Source: Octopus vulgaris (taxonomy: Eukaryota). Taken from it: 64,000 nt of DNA. The position numbers and the translations under genes are program-made. The DNA lies in assembly GCA_951406725.2 (NCBI GenBank), contig OX597815.1:160518001-160582000 (forward strand). Direction: 5' to 3'. Below, piece after piece: positions 1-12,857 of this stretch. Below the pieces are notes generated by a model. The model saw nothing but the letters and a program-made list of their open reading frames with translations, searched no databases and had not been told where the DNA came from. Position 1 is the first letter of the stretch. The number at the start of each line of letters is the position of its first letter.

Positions 1-249
1 TGCCAAGCAGTGGGACTGAATCCGGAACCATGTGGTTGGTGAGCAAGCTAGTTACCACACAGCCACTCCTACGCCTAGGAGTGGCTGTGTGGTATTTGTT
101 TTTGGTTTAATATTTTTGTATCGTCTGTTGGATACAGAAATAATTTTCTTTTGTTTTTTTACTTTGTATATGAAATTGATGGTATTTTACCTGATATTCT
201 TACTGAAGTGATATCTAGGTATAACTTGTTTGAAGCCTATATTTTTTTA

Positions 250-568
250 CTGGTACTCTGTCAGTTACAACGATGAGGGTTCCAGTTGATCCAATCAATG
301 GAACAGCCTACTTGTGATATTAACATGCAAGTAGCTAAGCACTCCTGACACATCTACTTTTTACATAGTTCTCAGGGTGATTCAGCATGACACAGAGTGT
401 GACAAAGTTGGCTCTTTGAAATACAGGTACTACTCATTTTTGCCAGCTGAACAGACTGGAGCAACATGAAATAAAGTGTCTTGTTCAAGGACACAACACA
501 TCACAGGGAATTGAACTCATGACCTTACATTGGTGAGCCAAATACTCTAACCACTAAGCCATGTGCCT
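250..568 (-). mobile_element. tRNA-derived SINE sharing the family B head/core with a different tail
   Basis: Reverse complement has ggcacatggcttagtggttagag...gagttcaattccc...gacactttatttc. Confidence 0.8.
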
Positions 569-2690
569 TTTTATTCGAAACCTCCACTATCATGTTTAAT
601 GACATCAAATGAATTTATAAACTTAAAGAGAACATGAAATAATTCTTTCTCAGAATGTTGCATCTCAAAGCTCATAAAGCAATAAATATTGCATGTAAAT
701 ATTGGGTTAAAGAATATTTTTGGATAGAAAATATCAAAGGGTTTTTTTAACTCAGTATTTACATGCTATATTTATAGTTTTATGTGCTTCAAGAACCATT
801 GTTCTCCAAAAGAATTACATCATATTTCTATTTTCCCCTTATGACTTTGGTGTCTATGGTGTCTGCTTTAACTTTTGATTGGTCCTTGGGCAGTAGTGGG
901 AAATTATAGATTCTGAAATCCAGTATTCATTGCAGTGACATGTATCCTCATTGCATTTTACATGATGGTTTGTTTACCATATTTGATTACATGTTTTTTT
1001 TTATCAAACTTTTCATTTACATATTTTGATAATATAGTTCTTTGTTCAATATCATACTGGGATCTATCCTATATTCAGTTTGCATCTCAATTCTTAAGCA
1101 GCATTCAGCTCCAAAATTATACATTAAGATGTTGCAGTTTTTAAACATAAGAGTAAAAGTACTAAGTATATGGTGTAGAATAAATTATCTATTTAAACTG
1201 AATAATTTGTCTTGTGACTTGTATTTTGTGTCAGTACAATTATTTTGGTAAATGCTTTTGGATATTCCTAGTTGTTTTAATAAACAATAAAGCATTCAAA
1301 GAATTTCATTACTCTGTGCATGTATTTCATTAGAATTTCATTACTCTGTGTACTTTATTGGCCAGAGTCTAAATATTTAGATATTATAGGCTATTTAATA
1401 CTAACAATACAATGGTTATTTACAGCTGCACAAGAAGCAATAAAATCTGACTTGGAACTTATAAATTTTTATTTCCCATTCAATTTGGATCAAGTAAACC
1501 AAGGATCAACATTATTCCAGCTGTAACCATTCATTTGTTTAGGGGTGTATATTACCACAAATGTGGAAGTGTGTTGCTTGGTGCTTAGGGTGTTGGACTC
1601 ATGATCGTAAGATTCTTGTTTTGATTCCTGGAATGGGTGATGTGTTGTGTTCTTGAGTAAAACACATAATTTCATATTGCTCCAGTCCACTTAACCGGTA
1701 AAAATGCGTAATACTGAGATGGACTGGTGTCCCATCCAGGGAGGAATATATATGCCAGAGAAACCAAGAAACCAGCTCTATGCCTCTTATGGAGTAATAC
1801 AGACTAGCCCGTACTACCACATTATCCAATGGGTTCTGCCATTTTTAAGATAGTCAGGTGTAATTTGAAGAAGACTGAGTAGCTATTTCTGCAGGGTGAT
1901 CAATCATAATCAATCCCTGCTGTATTCTTTTTATGAATGGTCAGAATCAAAATCACATGTTCATAAGAGAGGTGATTAAATCAAATTGAAAGAAACAAAA
2001 AAATACAGCCCCAATCAAGTGGACCTGTGATCAAAATAAATCCAGCTTTGACCATTCTACCTTTGTTTTGAGACACAGTGTATCAAGGACTACATTATTC
2101 AATGTTTACTTCCTTATTTCTTTAGACAGTAAGGTGTGACTTAAGCCAACAAAAGAGCCTTAAAGCTGTTATTTAACTAGCAGGTCAAGTAACTCCATAG
2201 AGGCTTTCTCTTTGGCCTGGGGGAAAAAATCAATATTCCTAAGGCTGCTACCTCTAACAGCAGTGCATTGTTTTTAACCTGCAGATGAGAACTGATTCTG
2301 CTTCTGGAGAATCCCTATATACAGATATTATTGTTGTGATGATAAATTTTCTAAGGTACCTAATCTATCATCAAAATATATAGCAAGTATTGTGAAGATT
2401 GGCAGTTTAGGAAATTGAATATTCTTTCCTAGATTTAAAATAGAAGCTCCCAACAGAATGAAATAATTATCTTTTTTTTTTATATATATATATATTTCCC
2501 TCAAAATGCAAGCTATCTTTCATCAATAGAAATATATCATCCACTTTTTCATGCTTGCACAGTTTAGATGGAGTTCTTGAGGCAGGTTCTTTACAGCTAA
2601 ATGCTCTTCCAGATGCCCTTCACTTTTTCAAAACAAGGTAGCATTTCCCCCATGACCAGAATTGTTTTTGTAGACTATTGCTTGTGTGAA

Positions 2691-3016
2691 GGCACATGGC
2701 TCAGTGGTTAGAACGTCGAGCTTATGATTGTGATGTTTTGAGTTCGAATCCCATACTGTTGTGTTGTGTTCTTGAGCAAGACACTTTATTTCACGTTGCT
2801 CCAGTTCACTCAGCTGTAGAAATGAGTTACGAGGTCACAGGTGCCAAGCAGTATAGGCCTTTGCCTTTCCCTTGGATGACACTGGTGACGTGGAGAGGGG
2901 AGGTCGGTATGCATGGGCGACTGCTGGTCTTCCATAAACAATCTTGCCCAGATTTGTGCCTGGGAGGGTAACTTTCTAGGTGCAATCCCATGGTCAGTCA
3001 TGACCAAAGGAGGGTC
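2691..3016 (+). mobile_element. tRNA-derived SINE family B (also ~21085-21410 and 22380-22680)
   Basis: ggcacatggctcagtggttag...gagttcgaatcc head, ttgagcaagacacttt core-like segment, and shared tail catgaccgaagggggtc. Confidence 0.85.
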
Positions 3017-4699
3017 ACAGCTTGTATGACAGAGACAGTTACTTACAACAATCACAGGACGACAAAACAAGGAGACAAACACAAACTCACATGCACATGT
3101 ACATACATACATACATATATATGTACGTACATACACACACACATACATACATAGATGCATACATGCATACATACATACATACATACATGCATGCATACTT
3201 TTTAGTTTTGTCTATCAAATCCTCTCAAAAGGCTTTAGTCAGTCTAAGACCAATTAAAATACTTGCCTAAGGTGCCATGGAATGGGATGGAAACCAAAAA
3301 CATGCAGCTAGAAAATAGGCTTCTTAACCATGGGGACATGCTTTCACCTATATACATAAATTAGAATTATATTCTAAGCTATTTAATTTCTTAATTAAGT
3401 TAGCTAATTGAGCTTCTTTTTATAACTTATAAGAACGCATGAAAAGAATTTCCAAATACTTTTGTGGGAGAGTTTATGAGGAAGTATGTGAGATAGTTCA
3501 CATAGTGAATTGTGAGACAGAATATGAACCAACTTCTTAGTATATTACTGCTGCTAGAATAGCAATTAGAAGAAAATTAATTTAGCATCTGACCAGGCAT
3601 GGCAGGGTAAAGATGTTGCTATGGCATTTATTCCAAGAAAATGGAATAAAAATTTTAAAAATATATATATATACAGCACAAAGAAATACAGTTAGAAAAA
3701 AGACAAGACATTACAAAAGTGTGCAGTTATACACTACCACATTTTTAGAACACCGAAATGGAGTTTAGTCATCCAAAGATTTATAAATGACTAACTTAAG
3801 GCCATCAACTCTGAACATCAATCAAAATAGAAAGTCTCTAAAACAAATAAATTGATGAGTTTCTCTGCCATGACAAAATATTGATGAAACAATTTCTCTC
3901 AAGTAATCTGGATATTTATGTCATTTCTTGTCTCTTTTTCAGAGAAACAACAAAATCCTTTTATGATATGATTGTTTGTTGGTTATTGTCTTTTTTTGGG
4001 GTTTTTTTTTTAGTTTTTTTTTTTGTATTCTTTCTTGCTGAAAATTTCATAAAGCTTGTGAATTCTCTAAAGGATAATTTCTGTTAATCTTAAAAGAAAC
4101 TTTTTTGATTTAAAGAAATTCAAATGGCATCTTAAAGAAATGAGATGCAACCAACGAAGCAACAACATCAACAACAACAATAATGAAAAATAAAAATTAT
4201 TGCCTGCAAGTTTAATTTCAAATGATTCCTGAAAATAAAACCATTTTTCTAATGATTCCATGGTGAGGTATCAATATTAAGGAGAAATTTGAGCTTTGAG
4301 TTAATGAAAAAGATTTTGAAATCAATTCAATTGAGTGTTACAGCTGAAGGAATATGAACTGGTCCTTTGTGAACAGGAAAAGGTTAATTGGAACTCAGCA
4401 AAATAAAACAAATAACCTTTTGCAACTCCACAGAATTTTGAAGGAGATTTCAGCAAACTTTTGAAAACACCTTATGTGTTAGAAAGAGACAAGTTATTCT
4501 ACTGGAATCATTTTCAGAGTGATTTAAGAGATAAGGCTTTATTCAAGTCAAATATAGATTATGAATTAAATTTCTTTGCAATGGTCGTATGCTTTATTCC
4601 CAGTACATTAGTTAAAGTGCTTTATCAAGTTAAAACTATATTACTTTCTTAGTAGTGTGAGCCACCAGTTGCCACCCACATGCCACAGTATTATTTTAA

Positions 4700-5024
4700 T
4701 GTAAGCGCGACTGGCCTTGTGCCGGTGGCACATAAAAAGCACCATCCGATCATGGCCATTGCCAGCCTCACCTGGCCCCCGTGCCGGTGGCACATAAAAA
4801 GCACCATCCGATCGTGGCCGCTGCCAGCCTCCCCTGGCACATAAAAAGCACCCACTACACTCACAGAGTGGTTGGCGTTAGGAAGGGCATTCAGCCGTAG
4901 AAACATTGCCAGATCAGACTGGGCCTGGTGCAGCCTTCTGGCTTCCCAGACCCCAGTTGAACCGTCCAACCCATGCTAGCATTGAAAGCGGACGCTAAAC
5001 GATGAGGATGATGATGATGATGAT
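4700..5024 (+). mobile_element. RTE 3'-UTR-only insertion (others ~7031-7460, 21920-22176, 23870-24123, 24450-24565, 43575-43743 +; 54157-54370 -)
   Basis: Homologous to the 3' end of the RTE at 19179-19500 and ends in (GAT)n. Confidence 0.88.
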
Positions 5025-5912
5025 ATATACATAGGAAAGGCAGAAAAGATTTGGCTTTATAAAACACTTCAGGATTAGAATATTTTCTGAAACTGGAAAG
5101 AAAACTGTTGCATTACAATCAGTATTGACATAAAATGTTTTGTCTTGCATCCTTAATATTTAGCACTCAAACGAGCTTTATCCAGCTCAAATATTCTACC
5201 TGTTTATGTTCAAACTGGCCAAATCCAGCCTCCCACACATACCTTATAATGTAATTCTAAAAATAAATAATGACATCAGTGAAACTTCAAAGCTACAAGA
5301 TAATACATGAGTAATTCAAAACAATCTGGACATATCTGTATTGCTTATGTATTTCTTTACTACCCACAAGGGGTTAAACACAGAGGGGACAAACAATGAC
5401 AGACAAACAGATTAAGTCGATTACATTGACCCCAGTGCGTAACTGGTACTTAATTTATTGACCCCTGAAAGGATGAAAGGCAAAGTCGACCTTGGCAATT
5501 TGAACTCAGAACGTAATGGCAGACGAAATACGGCCATGCATTTCGCCTGGCGTGCTAACGTTTCTGCCAGCTCGCTGCCTTTCTGCATTGCATATGACAG
5601 AGTAATCTTAGGGTTAACAGGCATAAGTTTATAAGAACTGTCAGATGTTTGCTGAAATTATCTTTTGTTAGAAAAGAGAAGGAGTACAGTGTTACAGGTA
5701 TCTTTGTCTTTTATCTTTTACTTGTTTTAATCATTAGACAGCAGCCATGCTGGGGTATCTCTTTGAAGAATTTATAGTGGAATGTATTGACCCTAGTAAT
5801 TTTTTTTTTAAGTCTGGTACTTATTCTATCAGTCTCTTTTGCTAAACCACTAAGATATGGGGATGTAAAAGCAACAGTTCCAATTATCATGTAATAGTGA
5901 AGGGGAAGGTGG

Positions 5913-5953
<41 letters not shown>

Positions 5954-6094
5954 TGGTTCTGGGTTCAGTTCCACTGTATGGCACCTTAAGCAAGTGTCTT
6001 CTATAGCCATGGGCTGACCAAACCAAAGTCTCGTGAGAGGATTTGGTAGACAAACTGAAATAAGCCCATCATACATAAAAACATATATACATGA

Positions 6095-6126
<32 letters not shown>

Positions 6127-7723
6127 CTTGGAGTCTGTGTTTGTCCTCCCATCATTGCTTCACAACCGATGCTGGTGTGTTTACATCCCTGTAACATAGC
6201 AGTTCAGCAAAAGTGATTGATAGAATAAGTACTAGGCTTAAAAAATAAGTCCTGGGGTCAATTTGTTTGACTAAAACCCCTCAAGGTGGTGATCCAGCAT
6301 GGCCATAGTCAAATAAACTGAAACAAATAAAAGAAAATATACAATGGGCTCCTCTCAGTCTCCATCTATCAAATCTACTCACAAGGCTTTGGTTGGCATG
6401 AGGCTAGAGTAGAAGGCACTTATCCAAGGTGGCATGTAGTGGGACTGAACTCTGAACCACATGATTGGGAAGCAAGCTTCTTACTGCACAGCGTGACTGT
6501 GCTTATGTTTATTTAAAATATGTAGTGTCTGATATTTTGGTGGTATCGAGTTTAAGTTGAATACTGAGGTTGAATGAGATAATGAGATAACTTAAGGTGT
6601 TGTTCATTAGCTTAGTATTGGAATGACTTCTTATTGCTTTCTCTCCATCCTTAGAAGAACTTAATCTTAATATTGCAAACAAATAAAATCCTAAAAGAAT
6701 ATACATGTTTCCTAATGCATAGAATATGCTATGAACTTGTATTCATGTAAGTGAAAGCACATGGCCCAGTGCTTAGCGTGTTGCATATACAAATGTGAGA
6801 TCATCTCACAATGCTCTGTAATCACTTTGATGACACCTGACATGTTGTACACCTGTTCATGAAACATTATTTTGATGCAGAAAGTGAGTTAATGTATAGC
6901 ATATACATCTTATCCTTATACTGCGAAGACCCAATAAATAACGTGAGTTCGTGGCTGTTTCCTGAACCAGTTTCCCATAGCAGCCCCCGCCCATCCAAAG
7001 TACCTTGGATCGCAGAACAGCCTGCTATGTTTACCTTGGATCGTAGGGTGACCTGATGTGCTTAAGAAGACCTATTGAGTCAAGTACATCAACATCAAAA
7101 TAAAAATCAAATAGAAATTGTAGTTGTGATACCTGTGTCGGTGGCACATAAAAAGCACCATCTAAATGTGGCCAATGCCAGCACTGCATTGACTGGCTTC
7201 CGTGTTGGTGGCACATAAAAAGCGCCAACCAATCATGGTCACTGCCAGCCTCTCCAGGCACCTGTGCCGGTGGCACATAAAAAGCACCCACTACACTCAC
7301 GGAGTGGTTGGCATTAGGAAGGGCATCCAGCTGTAGAAATACTGCTAGATCAGACTGGAGCCTGGTGCAGCCTCCTGGCTTCCCAGACCCCAGTCGAACC
7401 GTTCAATCCATGCTAGCATGGAAAAGGGACGTTAAACGATGATGATGATGATGATGATGAAACAAATCATTTGTGCAGATTGTCCAGTAAGACATTGTAG
7501 AACCATTTCTCTTGGACTACAAGCAACCAGACTCCAATTATTTGTTTTAGCATGGTTTCTATGGCTGGATGCCCTTCCTAACACCACCCACTTTACAGAG
7601 TGTAGTAGGTGCTTCTTACATGGCACCAACACCATTAAATGACACCAGCAAGGATGCTTTATATGTGGCACTGGCATAGGTGCATTTTATATGGCACCAG
7701 TACAGGTGCTTTTTACATGGTAC

Positions 7724-7760
<37 letters not shown>

Positions 7761-8412
7761 AACACTCACACATATATATTCTTTTACTTGTTTCAGTTAG
7801 TTAAATTGTCCATGCTGGAGCACCACCTCGAAAAGTTTTCTTTTTAGTCAAACGCATCGACCCCCAGGGCTTTCTTTTTATGCCTAGTATTTATTCTTTT
7901 GGTCTCTTTTGCTACACTGCTATCTTACGAGGACATAAATCAACACTGGTTGTCAAGTGGTGATGGGGACAAACACAGACACACACACATAGATCCACAG
8001 ACACACATAGCTACACACACACACACACACACATATGATGGGCTTCTTTTCAGTTTCTGTCTACCAAATCCACTCACAAGGCTTTGGTCAGTCTGAGGTC
8101 ACAGTAGAAGACACTTGCTCAAGGTGCCACACAGTGGAACTGAACCTGGAACCATGTGGTTGGGAAACAAGCTGCTTACCACACAGCCACACCAACAACC
8201 TCACGAACTAGATGCACGGTAATCATGCCAGTGACCAGATTGCAGTTAGTTTGACAAAAAATGTTGACATCAAATAAATACAGTTCAAGTGTAATTAACA
8301 GTCTGTGTCATGTTTTTGAATGGCTAGAATGCATTTTTCACGCTGCAATCATTTTAGTTTCAGCTCATGGTCTCATATCACTTTCCTAACAAGTATACCT
8401 CCGAAATGGAAA

Positions 8413-8795
8413 GGATATTTTCTAAATTAGCATATTTGCATATTGCTGGAGCAACGAAGGGGATATTATTCCAGATCTCCATATTTATGTAGTGCTAAAG
8501 CAATGAAGAAGGGTATTTTCCCAAATTTGCATATATACATATTACTTGAGTAACAGAGAGGATATTTTCATAAAATTTGCTTATTTACATATTGCTATAG
8601 CAATGGAAGGGATGTTTTTCCAAATTGGCATATTTTCATATTGCTTGAGCAACAGAAAGGATATTTTTGTAAATTTGTATATTTACATAATGCTATAGTA
8701 ATGAAGAGGATGGTTTCCCTAAATTTGCATATTTACACATTAGTGCAGCAAAGGAGATGTTTTTCCAAGTTTGAATATTTATGTGTTGGAACAAT
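8413..8795. repeat. Degenerate minisatellite, ~8 x 49-50 bp
   Basis: Unit consensus is approximately GGATATTTTCCCAAATTTGCATATTTACATATTGCTNNAGCAAYRGAAR. Confidence 0.85.
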
Positions 8796-10280
8796 TATTT
8801 TTATATCTGTGGACCTTCCCCTTTGTTAATCAGTGAATATTTATCCATAAAGTAGGAATGGAATATACTTGTCAGTTATGCATGCTTTCATTTCTTGCTC
8901 AAAAGAACAACTCAGTATACTGTGTTATATGAAAGATTATTGTTTCTTTTTTCCTGAGTGAAGAATTTATTAGATTTATAGCATAAGAAACAGCGAATGA
9001 CTGAAAGCATAGGCAAAATATTTCTCAATGTGTTACATCAGATGTAATATTACTGCATGGTTGATAGAAGCTGAGTTATTATTCAAAGTAACTTGGAGAC
9101 TAAATAAGTTTATTATATTGCAATAGACAGTTATTTGTTTGTTTTTAATGTGAAATGAATAGTGGCCCATCTAAACTACAATAAAGAAGACATCAAAGTA
9201 ATATTGTTACTGAAGTTGTTGTTACTTCTCCAGCTCAATATTTTGTTTCCAGTCAATATTGTCCAGTTTATACAGACATTAAAATGTAAATCTACAATGT
9301 TAACTGTATTGAGACAAGCTTTCTGGAAACATTGATATATTATTTCTGTATCATTCACATGTCTTGTACTGAAAACAGAATTAGGAACAATTTTCAATAT
9401 CTGTAGACTAATTTTCACCCAGTTTTGTAATAACGCTACAATTTGCATTAATTTGACTTGGTAAATAGCAGTTTTTGTTATATTGCAAAATGTTCATTAC
9501 AATTTATACCTTCTCAAAGACCTCCGTTTGATATGATATGGAGAAGATATAACTTAATGCACCAATTTTATTTGATATGCTAGTCTTAGGCATTGCACAA
9601 TATCTGGTTATACGTCTATGTAAGAGTGCCTCTTGTTTAATTTCTATACTCTATAGAACTGAATTTATTTCTATGCTTATAATTTGTAACTTCACAGTTA
9701 CTTTGTTTCAATATACTAGAAGGAATGATAAGATTCCTTTTACTGGTTCCAATATCTGTTACAAATTTATAAGATGTTTGTTATTATGTTATGAAATCTA
9801 ATCTACTTATTAATTATTCAGGCAATCTTTCACCTGTGCAGCACAAGACATAGTGTATCTAAAATTACATAGTTTAATATCTCACCTTCATTTTTATTGA
9901 TCCTGATGCTACCAACCTACTTGAGACTACGCTGGTTCTACAATACAAACTTCTTGTTTCAAAGTGATCTAAGTTAAATCTTTCCATCAAAATTCAATGT
10001 TATATTCCAAACACCAGTGTAATGGTCTTTTCTACTTTTATACACTAACCCTGAAATTTGAGAGGATGAGGATAGTTGAATACATTAACCTCAGTACCTG
10101 ACTGGTACTGTATTTTATTAACCTTGAAAGGATGAAAGGTAAAGTCAACCACGGAGAAATTTGAATTCAGAAGGCAAAGCCAGAAGAAATGTCACTAAAC
10201 ATTTTGTCTGGTATGTTTATGATTCTGTCACCTCACTGTCTTCCACCAGTTTAATAATGATAAAATTATATTATCAAATA

Positions 10281-10446
10281 GGCGTGGGAGTGGCTGTGTG
10301 GTAAGTAGCTTGCTTACCAACCACATGGTTCCGGGTTCAGTCCCACTGCATGGCACCTTGGGCAAGTGTCTTCTACTATTGCCTCGAACCGACCAAAGCC
10401 TTGTGAGTGGATTTGGTAGACGGAAACTGAAAAGAAGTCCGTCGTA

Positions 10447-10479
<33 letters not shown>

Positions 10480-10685
10480 GTGCATGTGTGTGTTTGTATG
10501 TCTGTGTTTGTCCCCCTAGCATTGCTTGACAACCGATGCTGGTGTGTTTACATCTCCGTAAGAGACCGATAGAATAAGTACTGGGCTTACAAAAGAATAA
10601 ATCCCGGGGTTGATTTGCTTGACTAAAGGTGGTGCTCCAGTATGACCACAGTCAAATAACTGAAACAATTAAAAGACTAAAAGAG
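10281..10685 (+). mobile_element. tRNA-derived SINE family A (representative; about 20 full or partial copies, e.g. 7780-8190-, 14808-15215+, 28196-28570+, 34656-35070+, 36961-37298+, 41843-42265-, 47712-48105-, 52834-53218+)
   Basis: Head ggcgtaggagtggctgtgtggtaag...ggttcagtccca (A/B boxes), ccttgggcaag, an internal (TA)/(TG) tract, and tail ccagcatggccgcagtcaaatgactgaaacaagtaaaaga. Confidence 0.9.
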
Positions 10686-11149
10686 CAAATTCTTCATGTT
10701 TTAAAAATTCTATTGAAATGCAATGTACATCATCAAAATCATGATAACTAAAGGATTAAGAGAGTCAAATGTAATTTGAAGTAGATTCGGCTGCTATTTT
10801 TAGTCAATGCAGTAACTTCCTCATTTATGTGAAATGTTCTCAGTACTTGTATTAGTAAATAATGTTTTGCCTACTTGACTATTAAATTGCTTGTTAAAAA
10901 CATAAGAATATCGATGGAACCATCTAATGTTCAAGTGCACAATAACTGAGATTTGATCTCAAAAGGATTTGATAGGCATGGCTGTATATAGGCACAGATG
11001 CAGCTATGTGGTAAAAAGTCTGCTTCTCAATCACATGGTTCTGGGTTCAGACACACTGCATGGCACCTCGGGGAAGTGCCATCTACTATTGCTTCAGATC
11101 AACCAAAATCTTGTGAGTGGATTTGGTAGTTGGAAACTGAAAGAAGCCA

Positions 11150-11357
11150 GTTGTCTGTGACCGTGTGTGCACTGTTGGCGATTTTTTTCCCTCCGTCTTC
11201 CCTTCTTTGGATCTTTCCTTTTCCTATGTTTCTGACGAAGAGCTCCGCTCGAAATGTTAAATCCTCCTTCTTTCCTGAGTGTCCAAAAATACTATACTTG
11301 TTCCATGTACTCATGTTGTTGTGTTTTCCCTTTGTGTTTTCATGTTTGGATTAACTA
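11150..11357 (+). mobile_element. Short repeat carrying a minimal hammerhead motif (PLE pLTR-like)
   Basis: gttt-CTGACGA-a-GAGC-tcc-GCTC-GAAA-tgtt-aaat at 11228-11262. Related degenerate copies are at ~38995-39120 (-), ~61060-61225 (+) and ~26165-26245 (-). Confidence 0.65.
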
Positions 11358-11369
11358 TATGTATATATA

Positions 11370-11875
11370 TCTATATATATAAAACTCTAGTTGTGTGAGT
11401 GTCTGTCCCCTTCGATTTAGATTCCTAACTCCTCCCACATTTTGCGGTGCAGTTTAACCAAATTCGGGTATCTTATAGTTGTGATTCATATCGAGCCCGT
11501 CTGACTATTAGCGCGCGTCAACGATGAGTCTACGATTTTAAAAATAATTTAACATCATTTTTTATTCCATTTTAATGCATAAAATGCATCGTATGTCGAT
11601 GGCGGCGGAGTTGGCGTCCACGCTCACAGCTGCACCTGTTTGCTTCTCCCCCTTCCCTCCCTCGTGAAGCTGTGGGGAAGGGAGTGTAAAGAAATCAACA
11701 TCGTAATGCGTTGTGAAGGAAACCAGCGTTCCTTTAGAACAACGACTTCATGGCTTGAAGACACCAAAACAAAAATGGCTAAGAAAGCCCGAATTTATAA
11801 GGGAAGTAACTCTCTAAAAATGCTTATATAGTTATTTCCCTTACAAACCCGAAGCAACGCCGGGCGATACTGCTA

Positions 11876-11876
<1 letters not shown>
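11370..11876 (+). mobile_element. Non-autonomous Helitron with a different body and the same 3' end
   Basis: TC start. The last ~65 bp (taactctctaaaaatgct...cccgaagcaacgccgggcgatactgctag) are shared with the other two Helitrons. Confidence 0.75.
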
Positions 11877-11934
<58 letters not shown>

Positions 11935-12439
11935 CACACACAGTTGATAAAGGAAATGGAAGATGGATTTAATAAGAATCTTTATTCAGCATGAATCTTC
12001 CATTTCCTTTATCAACTATAAACTCTGCAAATACTGTGGATTTCTTGACATAGATCCAGTGAAAATTACATCGTTACTGTGAATGACATCAAGTAGCCAA
12101 ACAGTAAATGTGCCCTAAGTCCAAGTAGTTACATATAAGTATGTATGTATGTATGTATGTATGTATGTATGTATGTATGTATGTATGTATGTATGTATGT
12201 ATTTGTGTGTGTCTTTGTACATGTGTTTGTTCCTTATTATGGCTTGACAACCAGTGTTGGTTTGTTTACGACCTCATTACTTGGTGGTTCAGCAAAGGAG
12301 ATCTATAGCACAAGTGTCAAGCTTAAAAAGTGTAAATACTGGGGTGAATTTGTTCAGCTAAACCCTTCAAGGCAGTATCCCAGCATGGCTGCAGTCCAAT
12401 GACTGAAACACTTAACAGAAAAAAGATATACAACTAAAA

Positions 12440-12857
12440 GGCGGCGAGCAGGCAAAAACGTTAGCACACCGGGTGAAATGCTTAGTGGTATTTCGTCTGC
12501 CATTATGTTCTGAGTTCAAATTCCATCAAGGTCGACTTTGCCTTTCATCCTTTCGGGGTCGATTAAATAAGTACCAGTTACGCACTGGTGTCGATATAAT
12601 CGACTTAATATGTTTGTCTGTCCTTGTTTGTCCCCTCTGTGTGTAGCCCCTTGTGGTCAGTAAAGAAATAGGTATTTCATCTGCCACTATGTTCTGAGTT
12701 CAAATTCCGCCAAGGTCAACTTTGCCTTTCATCCTTTCGGGATTGATAAATTAAGTACCAGTTATGCACTGCGGTCAATGTAATCAACTTAATCCCTTTG
12801 TCTGTCCTTGTTTGTCCCCTCTATGTTTAGCCCCTTGTGGGCAATAAAGAAATAAGA
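12440..12857 (+). mobile_element. SINE family E, head-to-tail dimer with ~20-bp TSD (monomers also at 5350-5580-, 15980-16208-, 55880-56061-, 56883-57330+)
   Basis: ggcggcgagc...gagttcaaattcc...gtcgactttgcctttcatcctttcggggtcga. The TSD is gaaaaaagatatacaactaa. The 55880 copy has an 18-bp TSD atttcactaaataataac. Confidence 0.85.

Noticed and set aside
2285-2356. Possible exon (ctgcag|ATGAGAACT...CTAAG|gtacct)
   Set aside because: Weak donor site, no recognisable protein similarity and no partner exons.
8413-8795. CRISPR-like array
   Set aside because: The units are contiguous and degenerate with no unique spacers, the context is eukaryotic, and there are no cas genes.
9176-9448. 90-aa ORF in unique sequence
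   Set aside because: No recognisable motif, and the length is compatible with chance.
10298-10532. Recurrent ORFs such as MVPGSVPLRGTLGKCLLL or YQIHSQGFG
   Set aside because: These are translations of SINE family A copies, not a protein family.
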